In this document: piece after piece, positions 11,070-11,314 of the stretch
Numbering within the stretch: position 1 is the first letter of the stretch
How the letters are laid out: every line of letters starts with the position of its first letter
Assembly: GCA_963721525.1 (NCBI GenBank)
Contig: CAVRJL010000005.1
Coordinates: 1 to 11,314, forward strand
From: an uncultured Negativicutes bacterium
GTDB lineage: Bacteria; Bacillota; Negativicutes; JBAXTZ01
Direction: 5' to 3'
DNA length: 11,314 nt
Translations under genes and position numbers: made by a program
Notes under the pieces: model-generated
Told to the model about the DNA's origin: nothing
Database searches by the model: none
What the model saw: only the letters and a program-made list of their open reading frames with translations

Positions 11070-11314
11070 TATATTTTACCTTTAAATAATTTTATTTCCT
11101 TGTAATATCCTTTTTTAATCAATTTGCAGATATGTATTTTATTAGCTTGTTCCAAATTTATGTCAAAATCTTCTTTTAAGATATATAACATCGTAAAGCA
11201 ACATTGAATCACATCACACAATTCACTAGCAATACAATTGATTTTTACTCTATAGATTAATACATTTTTTTCTCCTGAAGCACCCGAAAATTTACCTATA
11301 TATTGTGTCAATTC
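11069..11314 (-). CDS. MazG-like family protein (all-alpha NTP pyrophosphohydrolase fold), C-terminal part; start outside window
   Basis: The frame is open to the window edge. ELTQYIGKFSGASGEK...IASELCDVIQ...MLYILKEDFDI...HICKLIKKGY resembles, from memory, the Bacillota MazG-like pattern ELAQAIGKFRG..GE...ELLDVAQ...KL..KGY. The stop overlaps the tagO start (TAATG). Confidence 0.65.
   Translation of the reverse strand, partial: ELTQYIGKFSGASGEKNVLIYRVKINCIASELCDVIQCCFTMLYILKEDFDINLEQANKIHICKLIKKGYYKEIKLFKGKI

Overview
AT-rich (about 30% GC or slightly lower by spot counts) Bacillota housekeeping region. The c-subunit and gene order look Negativicutes/Clostridia-like. All real genes are on the minus strand, in transcription order: MazG-like protein (5' end outside window), tagO/wecA-type GlcNAc-1-P transferase, wecB/mnaA, a complete F1Fo ATP synthase operon (atpZ-I-B-E-F-H-A-G-D-C), murA, then a near-consensus sigma-A promoter reading out of the left edge. 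Four genes are split by seven apparent single-base deletions (atpA 1, atpF 1, wecB 3, tagO 2). Each can be restored by adding one base, which points to long-read consensus error, although early decay of tagO/wecB is not excluded. The most unusual feature is an in-frame insertion of about 50 aa (basic, helix-like) in the gamma subunit, at a site different from the known chloroplast and mycobacterial gamma inserts. It comes with substitutions at normally conserved gamma and beta residues. No mobile element, CRISPR array or RNA gene was found, and I see no clearly new multi-gene system.
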